56,586 nucleotides of DNA from Negaprion brevirostris (lineage: Eukaryota). Made by a program: the position numbers and the translations under genes. A model generated the notes under the pieces. It had not been told where the DNA came from, did no database searches, and was given only the letters and a program-made list of their open reading frames with translations. Every line of letters starts with the position of its first letter. The stretch's first letter is position 1. Of the stretch, positions 1 through 12,021 are shown piece by piece. The stretch spans positions 28,936,257-28,992,842 of the forward strand of contig JARDVH010000128.1 in the NCBI GenBank assembly GCA_030324005.1, in the 5' to 3' direction.

Positions 1-399
1 TTCATCTCACTGGCTGCCATTCCAACACATTCTTTTCCAAGACATCAGGAATCTTCACTTGTTCCCTCTCTCCTACTCTTTTCCCTGTGCTGTGAATTTT
101 AACCCTTTGTCTTGACTTCCTCATAAAAGACAGCCCTTAAATTGAACAAAATAACCACATTTAGGAATGGCAGTTTATAAAAATGGCAGCATTGGAAAGT
201 GATAAACAGAAATGTAACTAATCCCTGAACCCAAAGTTTTCAATCAGGATCTTTTTCTTTACAAAATGACATGCTTATGAAAGAGAAGGCCTGATTTTGC
301 ACCACACCCTTGCAGTGGCGGCATGCTCATAGTGACTATCAAGTGACATACAGAAAGAGACCTATTGAGTTATACTGTGGTCACAATCATGACAGGTAG

Positions 400-690
400 C
401 ATCTTGCATGTGTAGATGGATTTGGAAATATATGCATATATGCAGGTGTGTTTATGGATCTGTGCGTACAGAGGTTTGAACATGTCTGTGCATATATGGG
501 CATGTGTATGCATGTAGGAAGTGTGTGCAATGTATAGGGATATGTGTGCATATATATTCTTGTATATGTGTCCATGTATGTATGTGCATGCACATGTATT
601 TATGGGTGTGTACACAGGTACGTGCATATATGGGTATGTGTGCATGTATGGGGGTGAATGCATGGATTAGTGTGTATATGTGGGTGAGTA
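400..690. repeat. Degenerate (TG/TA)-rich microsatellite / low-complexity tract
   Basis: Runs of tgtg/tatg/catg; overlapping ORFs are H/T/Y- or C/V/M-rich artefacts. Confidence 0.85.
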
Positions 691-1224
691 TGAAATGCTC
701 CATGCGGTTGAATAATTGCCCAGGGTCAAGGTTCATTCACAATAAATGGTAACTTGAGTAAAGTTTTGGAGGGTGAGTGACACATGTGAAATCCAATTCC
801 AGTCAAGAGTTTACACATTCAGTAGAGAAGGGGAGAAACTCGGAAAAAAAGATAAATCCGTGCCGTCAATTTTTAGAGGAAATCTATGATACCCTATTTA
901 ATGTTTTCATTGTAAAATATCAAGCGAAAATATTACTCATTCTATTGGCCAGCTTCAATAATTTCCAAAAATTTTTCATTTTAGCAGCTGCAATATTCAC
1001 ACACTGGAAGACTGCAACAAAAATGTAGCAATGGGCTAATAGCACAAAGCATTTTGAGTGAGGGTTCTTCTAAAAGCTGTAATAATCTATTCGGTGGGAA
1101 AACAAAAGCAGTCACAGAAATATTGAGATTAAGAACAAGAAAATATGTTCTCTGCCAATGTTTTCTAAGTACTTTTTTGATCAGGTGCAATTTGATTTTT
1201 GTTTCTAAAACAAATAAAAACAAT

Positions 1225-2978
1225 TATTCACACAAATAAAAACAATTATACAGACAAACAGAATAGATACAACATGCATAGACACACAAAATACAGACAC
1301 ACACACCTACAAGACACATGCATCAGAAGCACACACACACACATCAGGATATCCAGACATTACGAAATACATTTAGACAGATACCAACACACACAGAAAT
1401 GCACACAGTGTATATTCCCACACATAACTGACACATACCCTCACAGAACTGACATACATCTATGCATCTAACTGACACAAACGCAGAAAGAGAAACATAT
1501 GCACGTGAACACAAACACACACATACTCAGAAATCGACACGGGTACACAAACATGCACATACAAACATATAGGGCAGGATTTTTTTGCATGGTAGGGTTT
1601 CCTGTCTCACCACCTGAAGTTAACACTCAGCACATTGACTAAGTTAATTGGTTTAGGATGAGACTTCCAGTCCCATCTGGGGAGAAAGCCTGCCATCCAA
1701 TTGCCTGGCAGTTCTGTATTTGTAGCAGTATCAGGTCCGAGCGATGTCATCCAGAGGCTGGATTTCAGGTAAGTCAGAGGTATTGGTGGGACATATCTAG
1801 CAGGCCCCTTGGAGGGATTAGGCAGGTGAGAGGCTAGTTTGAGAGGCTGAGCAGGAGGGTCAAAGGAAGGTATGATTTTGTGGGATAGCGCCCCCAGTGG
1901 GCACAGGAAAATACATTCATAGACATTTGGTATACCGACATAAAAGAAATACATACACACACAAAAATGCACACAATATATATTTCTTTGCACAATAGTG
2001 GCATATAAGGAAAGAGAAAGACACACACAGAAATGAATGTAACAGAAATGCACACTCATAAAAACTGAACAAAAAATACAGACATACATTCATACAATTA
2101 TAGAAATTGACACACTCAGAAATAGACACACATACATTCAGAGACTTAAACATACACACAGGTGCAGACAGAAATACACACTAAAGTACACTCATAGACA
2201 CACAATTATACAGACAGAAATAAATACACATACACAGACACAAAATCAGGCATACATTTACAGAGATGCAGAAACACATATACACTCAGGTATAAGAACA
2301 AATACCCAGATATAAACAAAATCAGAAACAGGCAAGCACAGATGCAAACACAGCCAGGAGTACACACACACACACACACACAATATACAAAGAAATAGAC
2401 ACATATAGACACAGGCACGCACAGAGACACGCACTAAAAGAAATGTACACTCATGCACTCAAGCAATTACACACACAATGCAATCATAAATTCTCATACA
2501 CAAATAGGCACACACACCCAGACACTGGCACACATATACACACTGACAATGAGGTGCACACAGACTAATAGACACGCATGGACACGAACAGAGAGATGCA
2601 AACATACACAATGCAGACTCTCACGAAAGAAATAGACACAACAGAGATACACACGCAATGCACATGCATATACAGAATTCGATCCACACAGAAATAGACC
2701 CTCAGATGTGGGTGTGTAAATACATATAAAAATAGATAAATACATGTGGAGACACTAGATTGAATATACAATCTCAATGACATATATAAACTCAAACAAG
2801 TACATATATACACATGATTTAAACATGCGCATACACACACACACACACGCACGCACACACACACAAAGTTGCAGATGCATAGATAGCCACAGGTAGAGAG
2901 ACAGTTGTGTATGCAAACACACACAGTTGCATGTGAGCATCCACAGCTGTGCATACAGGCACACATACCTTTACACAA
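1225..2978. repeat. Long degenerate (CA)-rich low-complexity tract, interrupted by a MITE at ~1572-1915
   Basis: acacac/acagac/acatac units throughout; pure (CA)n at ~2362-2380 and ~2833-2864. Confidence 0.85.
1572..1915. mobile_element. Harbinger-type MITE inserted in the CA tract
   Basis: Begins GGGCAGGATTTTTT, ends with degraded GGAAAAT; GC-richer than both CA-rich flanks. Confidence 0.55.
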
Positions 2979-2979
2979 C

Positions 2980-3270
2980 TTACGTCAGCAATAAATCATA
3001 TCATTTGTGAGCAAAATCTTCTACGGTCCTACAGTTGCTAAAGTCTATCCTCTCACATTTCCTACTTTTGGTTTGGTATCTGACAGCCCCTGGTTCAGTG
3101 AAGAGCTGTCACCTGCCAGAATTGTTCAATCTGAACGCCACAACACAGCATAGTATGCTTGCTCCGCGCATTCCCTGGGCCAACCCAGTAATTCAGTTTT
3201 TCTGTTGTACTTTAAATTGTGTTGCTAGGCAATAGCTTGGCTAATTCATAGCAGCAACAACTTGGCCAGA
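2980..3270. promoter_or_regulatory. Candidate enhancer (CRE, Pbx-Hox, Meis and RFX X-box motifs)
   Basis: TTACGTCA 2980-2987; ATAAATCA (TGATTTAT on -) 2991-2998; TGACAG 3081 and CTGTCA 3106; GTTGCTAGGCAAT 3221-3233. Confidence 0.35.
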
Positions 3271-4480
3271 ATACTAACCAGTGTAATTTTATCCTATCAG
3301 CTTCCACCGTGTCAAGTCGTGTGAGAGCTCCCACTCATTCAAAGCAAACGGTTCATTCTTTTTGACTTTCTCTTACTCTGCTACCCTCCCCCTCTCTTTA
3401 CACAATGAATCACCTTAAGTATATAATAAGAAAAGGACATTGACCCATTGAACTCACTCTTTCCACAGCCTCTGTGCACTCTGCCCCATCACTGACTCTA
3501 CCCGTGTACGGCGACCCCACTTTGGACTCTACCCATACGATTAGTCTCTTTGCACAGTCTCTTTCCTGTCAACATCATTCTCCTTCACTGCCAAGGCAGA
3601 AATCATTTTATTTTGTGACCATTTCATTTGTCTACATTCAAGCATCAATAATTTGATTCTAGTGCATGGTGCTGGAATGTCATGCCTCTGACACTAGGTA
3701 CACAGTGTAAAGTGCTTCCTGGCATATGTCCTGAGGCCGTTTTCACCATTTTAGTAACCATGTTCATCCTTCTGTGCTGCAATCATGTTTTAACTTTTCT
3801 ACCACAACATTCTCTATTCCATTAAGTAACTTCTATGTTTGCATAAGATACCCTCTCAGTTGATTTAGATTAAAGGAGAGCAAGCCAGCTTTTTCCAACA
3901 CATCCAAAAGACTAAGTCATCTGACATTAGAAAAAAGCCTTACTGCCTTTCTCTGCAGTGCTCCAGAGCTTCAATAAATTCCCTTTGTCTCAACAACTGA
4001 GTCCAATATGCACAAGGTGATCTGAACAGAGCTCTACACAGTTTCAGCACAACGACCTCAGAGTTGCACTAAACTGATTTGGCATTTAGCCCAGTATGCG
4101 GTTTTCTTTGTTAAATTGATGCTTACGTATCAAGAAAGAAATGTAGAAAGCCTGGCCTTTTAAAACAACAAATTGGTCTTTCAAAATGGTGTAGTAGCAC
4201 CAACAGGTACTGTTTAATACCTACCCACAAGGTGACCCATCTTCCTTGCCACCTACCAAGCTTAAATTGGATTGTCTGGTCCTTGAACTTGTCAGCTCCT
4301 TTACATCTGGGTTCGCCCACAGGAGGCTTGCCTCTTGTGGAATAAGACTAACAGCTTTATGTGAAGATATGGACCAGAAGGAAATCTTGTAGGTGACAGA
4401 CAGATAGACAGCTGAGTCTACTGACAGGACAAGTGTTAGAGAAGCCAAGTGATGTGAGAATGAATGAAAAAGAGAAAAAA

Positions 4481-4836
4481 AACTTGCATTCATATAGTAC
4501 CTTTCATTCTCACCAGAGGTCTCAAAGCGATTTATAGCCAGTGATGCATAGTTGCTGTTGGAATGTGTCAAACATAACAGCTAATTTGCACATGGCCAGC
4601 CCCCACAATCAGTAATGTGATAATGGTCACATGATCAGTTTTTAATGATTGGCAGATAAATATTGGTCAGAACACTGGGGTCAACGCATCTTTGAAATAG
4701 TGCCATGGGATCCTTTACGTCCACAACAATGGGCACATGGAGCCTCCATTTTAAACACTGTCCAAAAAACAGCACCTTTAACAATGCAGCACTCTCCTAG
4801 TAATGCACTGGAGTGTCAGTCTTGATTTTTGTGTTC
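4481..4836 (-). mobile_element. Deu-SINE (SacSINE1/AmnSINE1-related)
   Basis: L2-like tail (aacttgcattcatatagtaccttt on +) and Deu-core segment gaaatagtgccatgggatcctttacgtccac ... gcactggagtgtcag. Confidence 0.75.
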
Positions 4837-5883
4837 CACAAATCTGAAAATGAAAAAAAAATGCAAGGTTGTAGGGAAAGAGAAGGGGATTGGGACTTAT
4901 TGGCAACCTCTGTACTGTACAATTTTATGATTCAATCATGGAGCCATCAGAATCAAACCTGACTCTTGAAGCCTTTGTCAATCACAGCACAGTACAATGA
5001 TGGAGCCTGGGACTTCTTGTGCAGGATAGCATTGCATTTACCAACTGTGACCACAAGCAATTCACCTTGTCATTTTTAAGAGATACTTTTATTAAATTGT
5101 TAATTTGCTATTTTCAAAAGCTTTTGTGATATATCTCAGTCAAGTCATTGTTGCCATGTGAAAACTGTCTCATCAATCTCACTGCAACACTCATACAGTT
5201 GAGAGCCATTAATCAATGACATTAATATTTACATTCTGGGGAATAGCAGCTTTATGTGAAAACCTGTGATCTTGATCACGCACTGCTTGTGCAGACCTTC
5301 AAATGCAGAACAGGGAACTTTATAATGATCATGTATTAGTATAGGAAGTCTCTTTGCCTCCTGAAGAAACATGAGCCCCACAGTGATCAGTATTTCTCTA
5401 CAAACAGCAGAGACAGTATCATCCTATATACAGATAGCAAGACTGACTTGTTCAAGATTAGAACATAAGCAATTTTAGGAACATGGAAAGGTCATTAGGC
5501 CCACGAAGTTTGTGTGCTTTTTTACCTAACTCTCTGACCAGGCCCTTCAATCCCTTTTTTCACCTTGTAAAATGTTTATTTTTTTTAAATTGTTAAGTCA
5601 GAAATACATATTCTTTTGTAGAGACAAAATCACATCAGGTCACTACTTATTACTTTCACTCTTTTTGCTTTGAATCTTTACTGTCCAGTAGTCTCAGTAG
5701 TGCAGCTTCAGCCTCTACCAGTGTTGCAACTGTCTTGGCCCCAAGAATGTGTGATCAATAAGTTTCAAATGCACCTTCACTTCCTTCTGATACTCTTTCC
5801 ATCTACTGCCAGTCTTCTGCACACACAATGAAACTTTCCATCGAAATTAATATAAAGGTCATCACCCACTCTGAAAGATTTTA

Positions 5884-5975
5884 CCAATTACTACTTTGCC
5901 TTTGGAAGAGTCCATCTGCGTCAGAGACAACTCACTAACGATATAAATGAGCCCACTTTCTGGGAAGTCACCTTC
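5884..5975 (+). promoter_or_regulatory. Candidate Pol II core promoter (CCAAT, CRE-like, TATA, Inr-like)
   Basis: CCAAT 5884-5888; TGCGTCA 5917-5923; TATAAA 5942-5947; TCA with the A at 5970, 28 nt after the TATA start. Confidence 0.45.
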
Positions 5976-6086
5976 CTGCCTTCCAGGGCTGGCCTCCGGC
6001 TCTGTCCTTTGCCGCAGATCCGAGTGTAGCTCATTGGCAACCGTGAAGATGCTCCGCTTCTCAGCATCTGACAAGGCTGTCCTGAC

Positions 6087-6186
6087 ATGGAGGCTAAGCG
6101 CTGGGCCCTGGGTCACCACTGCCCCCAGCAACTCAATAAGCTGATGACTCCACCCATTAACTGCATCTACTTCAATGTCCTTCCTG
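6087..6186 (+). CDS. Candidate coding part of a first exon of an unidentified gene (MEAKRWALGHHCPQQLNKLMTPPINCIYFNVLP)
   Basis: Strong Kozak (gacATGG) downstream of the TATA promoter; possible phase-1 donor G|GTATTT at 6186/6187; peptide not recognised. Confidence 0.25.
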
Positions 6187-6589
6187 GTATTTTAGCCCAC
6201 AACCTGATTAACTGTCATGGGAAAATAATTCCTATAGCTATATTCCTCATTTTGAATCTGGGATTTGAATCCTAATAATTGTTTTGATATTTGTAGCTGA
6301 ATTCTATCAGTCTTTTACCATTAGGGATGGAAGCTGTGTTCAGCCCAGTGTTACCATCATTGTAACATTACTATTTGGAGATGTTTTAGAGGGCAAGCAA
6401 CCATGGCAGTTGCTATAGTTTTTTGTTGGGCATCTCCTGGGCCAGTAGGTGTTCCACAAACACAAAGCAAAGATTTCCCCTCCACCTGACAAACATCTCC
6501 TAGCAGCAACACTGAATTAAAAAAGAGTCAAACCAACAAATTCTTCCTTTTCTCACACTGTTATGTCTTATGGATCCCATAAGTTAGAA

Positions 6590-8690
6590 ATGATCATACT
6601 TCAGGTCATTGCCAGTCGGGTCAAGTCTGCTCTGAAGTTGGTGATCAATCCTGACCAGATTTGTGCTGTACTGGCAGGAAAATTTCTTATGGTCTTACAA
6701 TACCCAGGGATACAGTTGCCTACATGCAAGACATGGAGGTGGACACCTGCGTCGTCAAACTGGACCAAGAGAAGGTCATTGATAGAATATCACTCACCTA
6801 CATGATGGATGTGCTCTCCAAAATGACATTTGGGGATGGATTCCAAAATTTGATGCAACTGCTCTACATAAACACGTATGGCAGAGTTTCAATCAATGGG
6901 TGGGACCCGGAAAGCTTTCCAGACAAATTCGGACTGCCCTCTCTCCCCTGTCCTGATCGTCTGCTGCATCAAACCTTTTGCTGAGTCCATCAGGAAGGAT
7001 TCAGGCACAAAAGAAGTGGTGATGCCAGGCAGTGAAGGAACTCGGGTATACCTCCCTGAAAATGGATGATGCTGCCATCTTCTGCTCGGTTCCACTGTTA
7101 CTTTGCAGACCGATGAGCATCTGTGACCAATTTGAAGTGGACTTGGTGGTCAGGGGAAACTGTAGCAAAAGTGAGGCCATGTTCTTTGGGAACTGAGTTG
7201 TTCAATCCTTTGTCCCCTTCACTGGCATGTGGAGGGGCCTCTCCTTTGTGGGTAACAACCTGGTCATCAGGTGTGAGACTCTCTCACTGTGCCACTGTAC
7301 ATGGTGCAGATCTGGTCCACTCCTGTGCCATGGCAATCACCCAAACCATCTTCTGCTTTATCTGGAATTGAAACTGTATTGTGTTCTTAGAGATGTGATG
7401 TACAAATCTTCAGATAAAGGGTGAAAAAATGAGCCAACGCTGCCCTAAAACCAATGGCCTGGAAGTCAGCTGCATAAAACTGTCCATAGATCCTCGGTAT
7501 GCAAACACCAAGGGTGGGATTTTTCAGCCACACTCACCCCAAGACCAGAAAATTCTCATCAAGGTCAATGGACTTTTACATGGTCCATGTCACGCCCACT
7601 ATGATACCCACTGTGGGCAGGCCAGGAAAAATCCATCCCAAGTGTTACTACTTGCTGAGGTTCTACCTGTCTCCGGTGTTGTAAAGGATGGTTCTGGCCA
7701 CGTTGCCATGCCATAACATTCTGCCTACCCCCGTGGAAAAGCTTTTGCAGAAAAACATCACTGACCACCAGTCCATCAGACAGTGGTCTGCACATAACAT
7801 TCTAGAAGCCACAAGGGGAAGGGAGATAGTAAATCTTGTCTGAATGGTTCTCTGAGCAGACTGTCAAAGTCATTTAGCAGAATGCCTCATCACCAGGACT
7901 TTAAAACAATGACCGGATGTAGCCTGGCTGATGGTCAGAAAGGCCCTCACTGTCAGACCCTCTCCACACACTCACAGTCTCTCCTCCTCTGCAATTTGCC
8001 CTACAGGTGGCTGTGGTGGGGAAAAGACCATTGTTCAGCTCCTACTGGAATGTAGCTTTCCATTGAAGGTTTGGAGAGAAACTCATTGGTTTTTGTTGAG
8101 GTTCATTCTAAGCAGGTCTGTGATTCAGGCCTCTGCTATACAAACTGTTCCCAGGGATGCACACAGAGAAACATCAACTACAGCTTGAGGAAAATCAACT
8201 CAATGGAAGATGCTCTTTGCTCTTGCGGAAACTTGCTGGTCTTCCAGTCCAAACAGTTATCTTTGACCGAGTGTTGAAAACTGGCACAGTCCAAGATCCA
8301 GGACTATGCACTGAGGGGCATCCATCCCAGGGATACAATGAAAGGTCACCACCTAAGGCCTTTCAATCATAGTAGAATCCCTCAGGCTTAATGGTTATTG
8401 CTGAATGTATTTGTGAATATAAGTCTAGTGAAATTAAGGGACCTCAGATGTACATGCTGTATGAAAGAAAGTTGAACTGTATTGTACTTCTCGTAATTTT
8501 TTTCATTTTGAAATGTTTTGCCCTAGGCTGTGTGCTTGACATGAAATATATATTATAAATATCAAGAGAATTACAAGTGTATAGAGGCGCCTAAGAATAG
8601 AACATAATATGAACTTTCTGTAATTTTCAATTTGAAATGTTCTGTAATGTACTTCGACAAATTTTATAAATAAAGTATATTTATGGAAAA
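6590..8690 (+). mobile_element. Decayed 5'-truncated Tx1 (L1-clade) LINE, ORF2 RT to 3' end
   Basis: Frameshifted RT motifs VIASRVKSALKLVINPDQ, KLDQEKVIDRIS, CPLSPVL, MDD; C-terminal Cys knuckle CPTGGCGGEKTIVQLLLEC; AATAAA and A-rich end near 8670-8693. Confidence 0.85.
7512..7639. mobile_element. 128-bp MITE nested in the Tx1 element
   Basis: TIRs GGGTGGGATTTTTC / GAAAAATCCATCCC (12/14 match); flanked by duplicated AA; removing it restores the Tx1 reading YANTK-CYYLLRFYLSPVL. Confidence 0.85.
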
Positions 8691-9279
8691 ATAATACAGT
8701 TTCATCAAGCATTTTTGTTGCATCGCTCCACATGGCTGGTGGACTGACACACTGATACTTCGCACAAGACTATGCAGCAATAAAAAGATGTGGCAACCCA
8801 GATGTAAATTCTCTGAACAATTAGTTTCTATTTCTTTTCAAATAATGTAACAATATAACATTCTGTCATGTCTTCTGCTTCCCATTACAAATAATCAAAC
8901 TTTAGAATCAAAATTCTGGAGCTTCATCCAGTGTATTTCTTGCATCTCTCTATGTGGCTGGTAGGTATTTCCAGCAGATTTAGTATACACGTATTGTAGA
9001 ATCCTGAACAATTTGTCTGATTTTCACATGCAGCATTAAAATCTTGTGCCGTTGTGAGGCCTCAGGGCCAACCCAGACATACATATTTGCAAGCCTGTCA
9101 AATAGACCTGGGTGTTCATTTTATAAACAATTATGTTGACAAAATGCATGATGGTCTTGACGAACATTTGAAATTCATATTTATTGGATCACATAGCCTT
9201 GCTTGAAAATAAGCAAAAAATGTTGGTTGGATTTCTTTAAGAGTGATGGGCTGTTCTGTGACATGTGATCAGATTTGTT

Positions 9280-9623
9280 ATAGAATCATAGAACCCTATA
9301 GTGCAGAAAGAGGCCCTTTGTCCCATCGAGTCTGCACCAACTGTAATCCCATCCAGGCCCTCCCCCCAAATCCCTACACATTTACCCACTAATCCCTCTA
9401 ACCTACGTATCCCAGGACACTAAGGGGCAATTTTGGCATGGCCAATCAACCTAACCCACACATCTTTGGACTGTGGGAGGAAACCGGAGCACCCGGATGA
9501 AACGCACGCAGACACAAGGAGAATGTGCAAACTTCACACAGACAGTAACCCAAGCCGGGAATCGAACCCAAGTCCCTGGAGCTGTGAAACAGCAGTGCTA
9601 ACCACTGTGCTACCGTGCCGCCC
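9280..9623 (-). mobile_element. HE1 SINE (V-SINE), full length
   Basis: tRNA-like head ggcggcacggtagcacagtggttagc...gggttcgattccc on -, V-core ccggtttcctcccacagtccaaagatgtg, CR1-derived tail ending ttctatgattctat. Confidence 0.9.
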
Positions 9624-10654
9624 TTCACTGCACTTATAAATATAAAGGCTGCCTAAGACACACAAAAGTGTTATTCCATTATGGCAACATGAGTGGTAAT
9701 TACCATTAATGTGATGCTGACATCAGTCCAAAAAGACATTTGGCCTACCATATCAGTGTATCAGTTCCAATGCTACTGCGATGACAGGCAGATAAGCCAT
9801 ACTTCCTCTTGGTTGGTTGACTGAATCAAACAGCATCTTCCTATGGCTGTGTGTTATAGAAAAGGTACAGGCCATACTCAGCCCACCAACATTTATAAAA
9901 CCCAAAGCTAACGTCTACACGTGATTCCGCAATCGGGCAGCACTTGCTGAACAATCCTGAATGCACTAATAGCTACACAAACAAACAATTCAGTCAAGCT
10001 TCTAACATGGCTTATTTATGCTTACTAGAAGTGACATACATTTATACTGCAAATAAAAGGAACATGTTCAAGCCTAACTTTTTTTTTGAATTTACAGAAC
10101 CTTGGGGAATTTAGTTCCTCATTGCTTTCTCCATCTGACACCTCAGCTAATTACAGTCGATTTGCCAACTAATCGGCATGCCTTTCCTCTTGTAGTATAA
10201 ATTGCGGTGATCATTTATAGTTCTTGCATTTGTTCTAATGAATGCAAAACAAAACAGTTTTGGCACCATGTCTCTCTTTTCAACATAATTAGGTTATTTC
10301 TCTCATCAGCAATGTTTCTTATATTTTACTGTGATATAATGACAATAAAATGTGATGATTCCACAGTAAGGGTAGCTCCAGTGATAATTACTTAGATGTT
10401 TGCTTGCTGTCATTTTCCGTGCAGAATCCTTTCAATTGTTATTATAAAGATGAATAATATGAGCACCGAGTAAAGTAAGTCTTTTAATGAGCCTGTGGTA
10501 CTGTGTGCAATTTCTGAAGCAGGTGTCTCCATTTCCTAAAACTCAGCTGGCACAAGAAGCTTCTCAATACACAAGGTTTCACTTGCATTCCCTGCTACAG
10601 GATACAGCCCTTTCATAATGTGATTCATAGCTCTTCTGAAGGTTTAGTTGCTAA

Positions 10655-10995
10655 AGACAGCATGTAACTGAGCCATAGACATCAGGAAGGTCCCAGGGCC
10701 AGTTTCTGGTGTCTGCTGAATTAGCCAGTGTCAGCTGAGTCAGCAATGTGTTACTATAATTAGGGTCACTTCCTCTGGGCTAATAAGGGGGAGAATATCA
10801 GCCGGAGTTCCTGTTCCCGGTCTTTATCTTGTGACTGGAAAGTGAGAAGGTGCGGATGAAGCATGAACCTTGGTTATGATCATCCCAGTCACTGACTCCA
10901 TCTAGCATAAACAGCAAGAATGTCTGCTTTGCTGGGGTAATGGCAGGTGATCAGCATAATCCAACGAGAGTCAGTACCTTCAGACAGAAATAAAG
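10655..10995 (+). mobile_element. LF-SINE-like element
   Basis: actgagccatagac..caggaaggtcccagg..ctgaattagc..tcagc..ataattagg..ctgggcta..gggg..atcagcc..gttcctg..tgactggaaagtg is colinear with the LF-SINE consensus as recalled. Confidence 0.7.
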
Positions 10996-11304
10996 AAGAG
11001 CAAAGCAAAAATGAATTTATAAAAATGTAACTTGTTCCATATCATCTTTGAGAACTGTGCCTTTAACATTACTTTTTCCCCACAGTGTGTCACACACCTG
11101 CTTTAGGACCATGATGGTGGGTTTCTGGGATACTAAAGCAGGATATCAGTAAGAGAGATAGACATTTCAGACAGCTGACAGAAGCTGCTTAATGTCACAT
11201 CTTGAGCTTGATTGAAGTTTGAAGAAGAACCACCTGGTATCTGGATGGCACAGGGTTCACCATACTTTCAAACTGGCTTCACATACACAAGGAAGTTGAT
11301 ATAG

Positions 11305-11470
11305 TCGATAGTGAAAGGAGAGCGCAGCAACCAGGCACCCCACCCACGCTCCTCTAACCACTTATGACAGAGACATTAGATCGTTCATTGGATTCCTCAG
11401 TCACCTGACAACTAATTTTTAGTGTGGAAGCAAGTCGTCTTTGGCTCCGAAGGACTGCCCAAGAAGAAGA
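11305..11470 (+). mobile_element. Short retroposon 3' end with (AAG)n tail, probably RTE-type
   Basis: Ends gaaggactgcccaagaagaaga; imperfect flanking duplication atatagt / atatggt. Confidence 0.45.
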
Positions 11471-11896
11471 ATATGGTGCAATTACAATTTAGTGACTAGT
11501 TGAAGGGAGTGCACCTGAACTCTACTCTATCTGACCTGATCCACCCACATTTGATGATTAAAGTCATTACCTTAGGCTAAATGCACCTCAGGCGTGGATC
11601 TACCCTTTGACAAAACCTTATGATGTGACCATTATTGTGGCCTGCAGCTTACAGCCAAAGAAATGGCTACCAGTTTCAGGGCCTTCTGATTCCCTACCGG
11701 AGAGAGCAGAAAGAAGGTTCTCTAACTGAATGACTGTCCCACTGTTCTGATCAGAAAGAGGAGACAAACCTTTATTCACACTGCAGGGCTTTGCAGCTAA
11801 GGCTATCTTCCTTTGGCTACTGTAAATATTGGCACCACTCCATATTGTGAGTGGAACTCGCAGCTGTTGAGTTAGCTAAATCCTTATTAACATGAT

Positions 11897-12021
11897 GGGT
11901 GAAATTTTAGGGCCTCGCTCATCCCAAAATCGTAAACCCAACTGAGGTCAACAGATCTTTTCATGGACTGCCCCTTGTCTGCTCTGATTCCCATGGCAGG
12001 CAGGACAGTAAAATTCTGGCC
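11897..12021. mobile_element. Short Harbinger-type MITE
   Basis: Ends GGGTGAAATTTTA ... TAAAATTCTGGCC; internal ttcatggact..ccc..tgattcccatggcaggcagg resembles the 7512-7639 MITE. Confidence 0.65.

Noticed and set aside
370-2978. Many 60-160 aa ORFs rich in C/V/Y/H/T
   Set aside because: Translations of CA/TG low-complexity DNA with no domain or splice structure
4221-4390. Possible - strand exon ending TGTGG|GTAGGT
   Set aside because: No recognisable protein and an ambiguous acceptor
5862-6185. - strand open frame KDIEVDAVNGWSHQLIELLGAVVTQG...GKIFQSG as an exon
   Set aside because: Acceptor lacks a polypyrimidine tract, peptide unrecognised, and promoter motifs favour the + strand; not fully excluded
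9530-9623. tRNA gene
   Set aside because: The A/B boxes belong to the tRNA-derived head of an HE1 SINE
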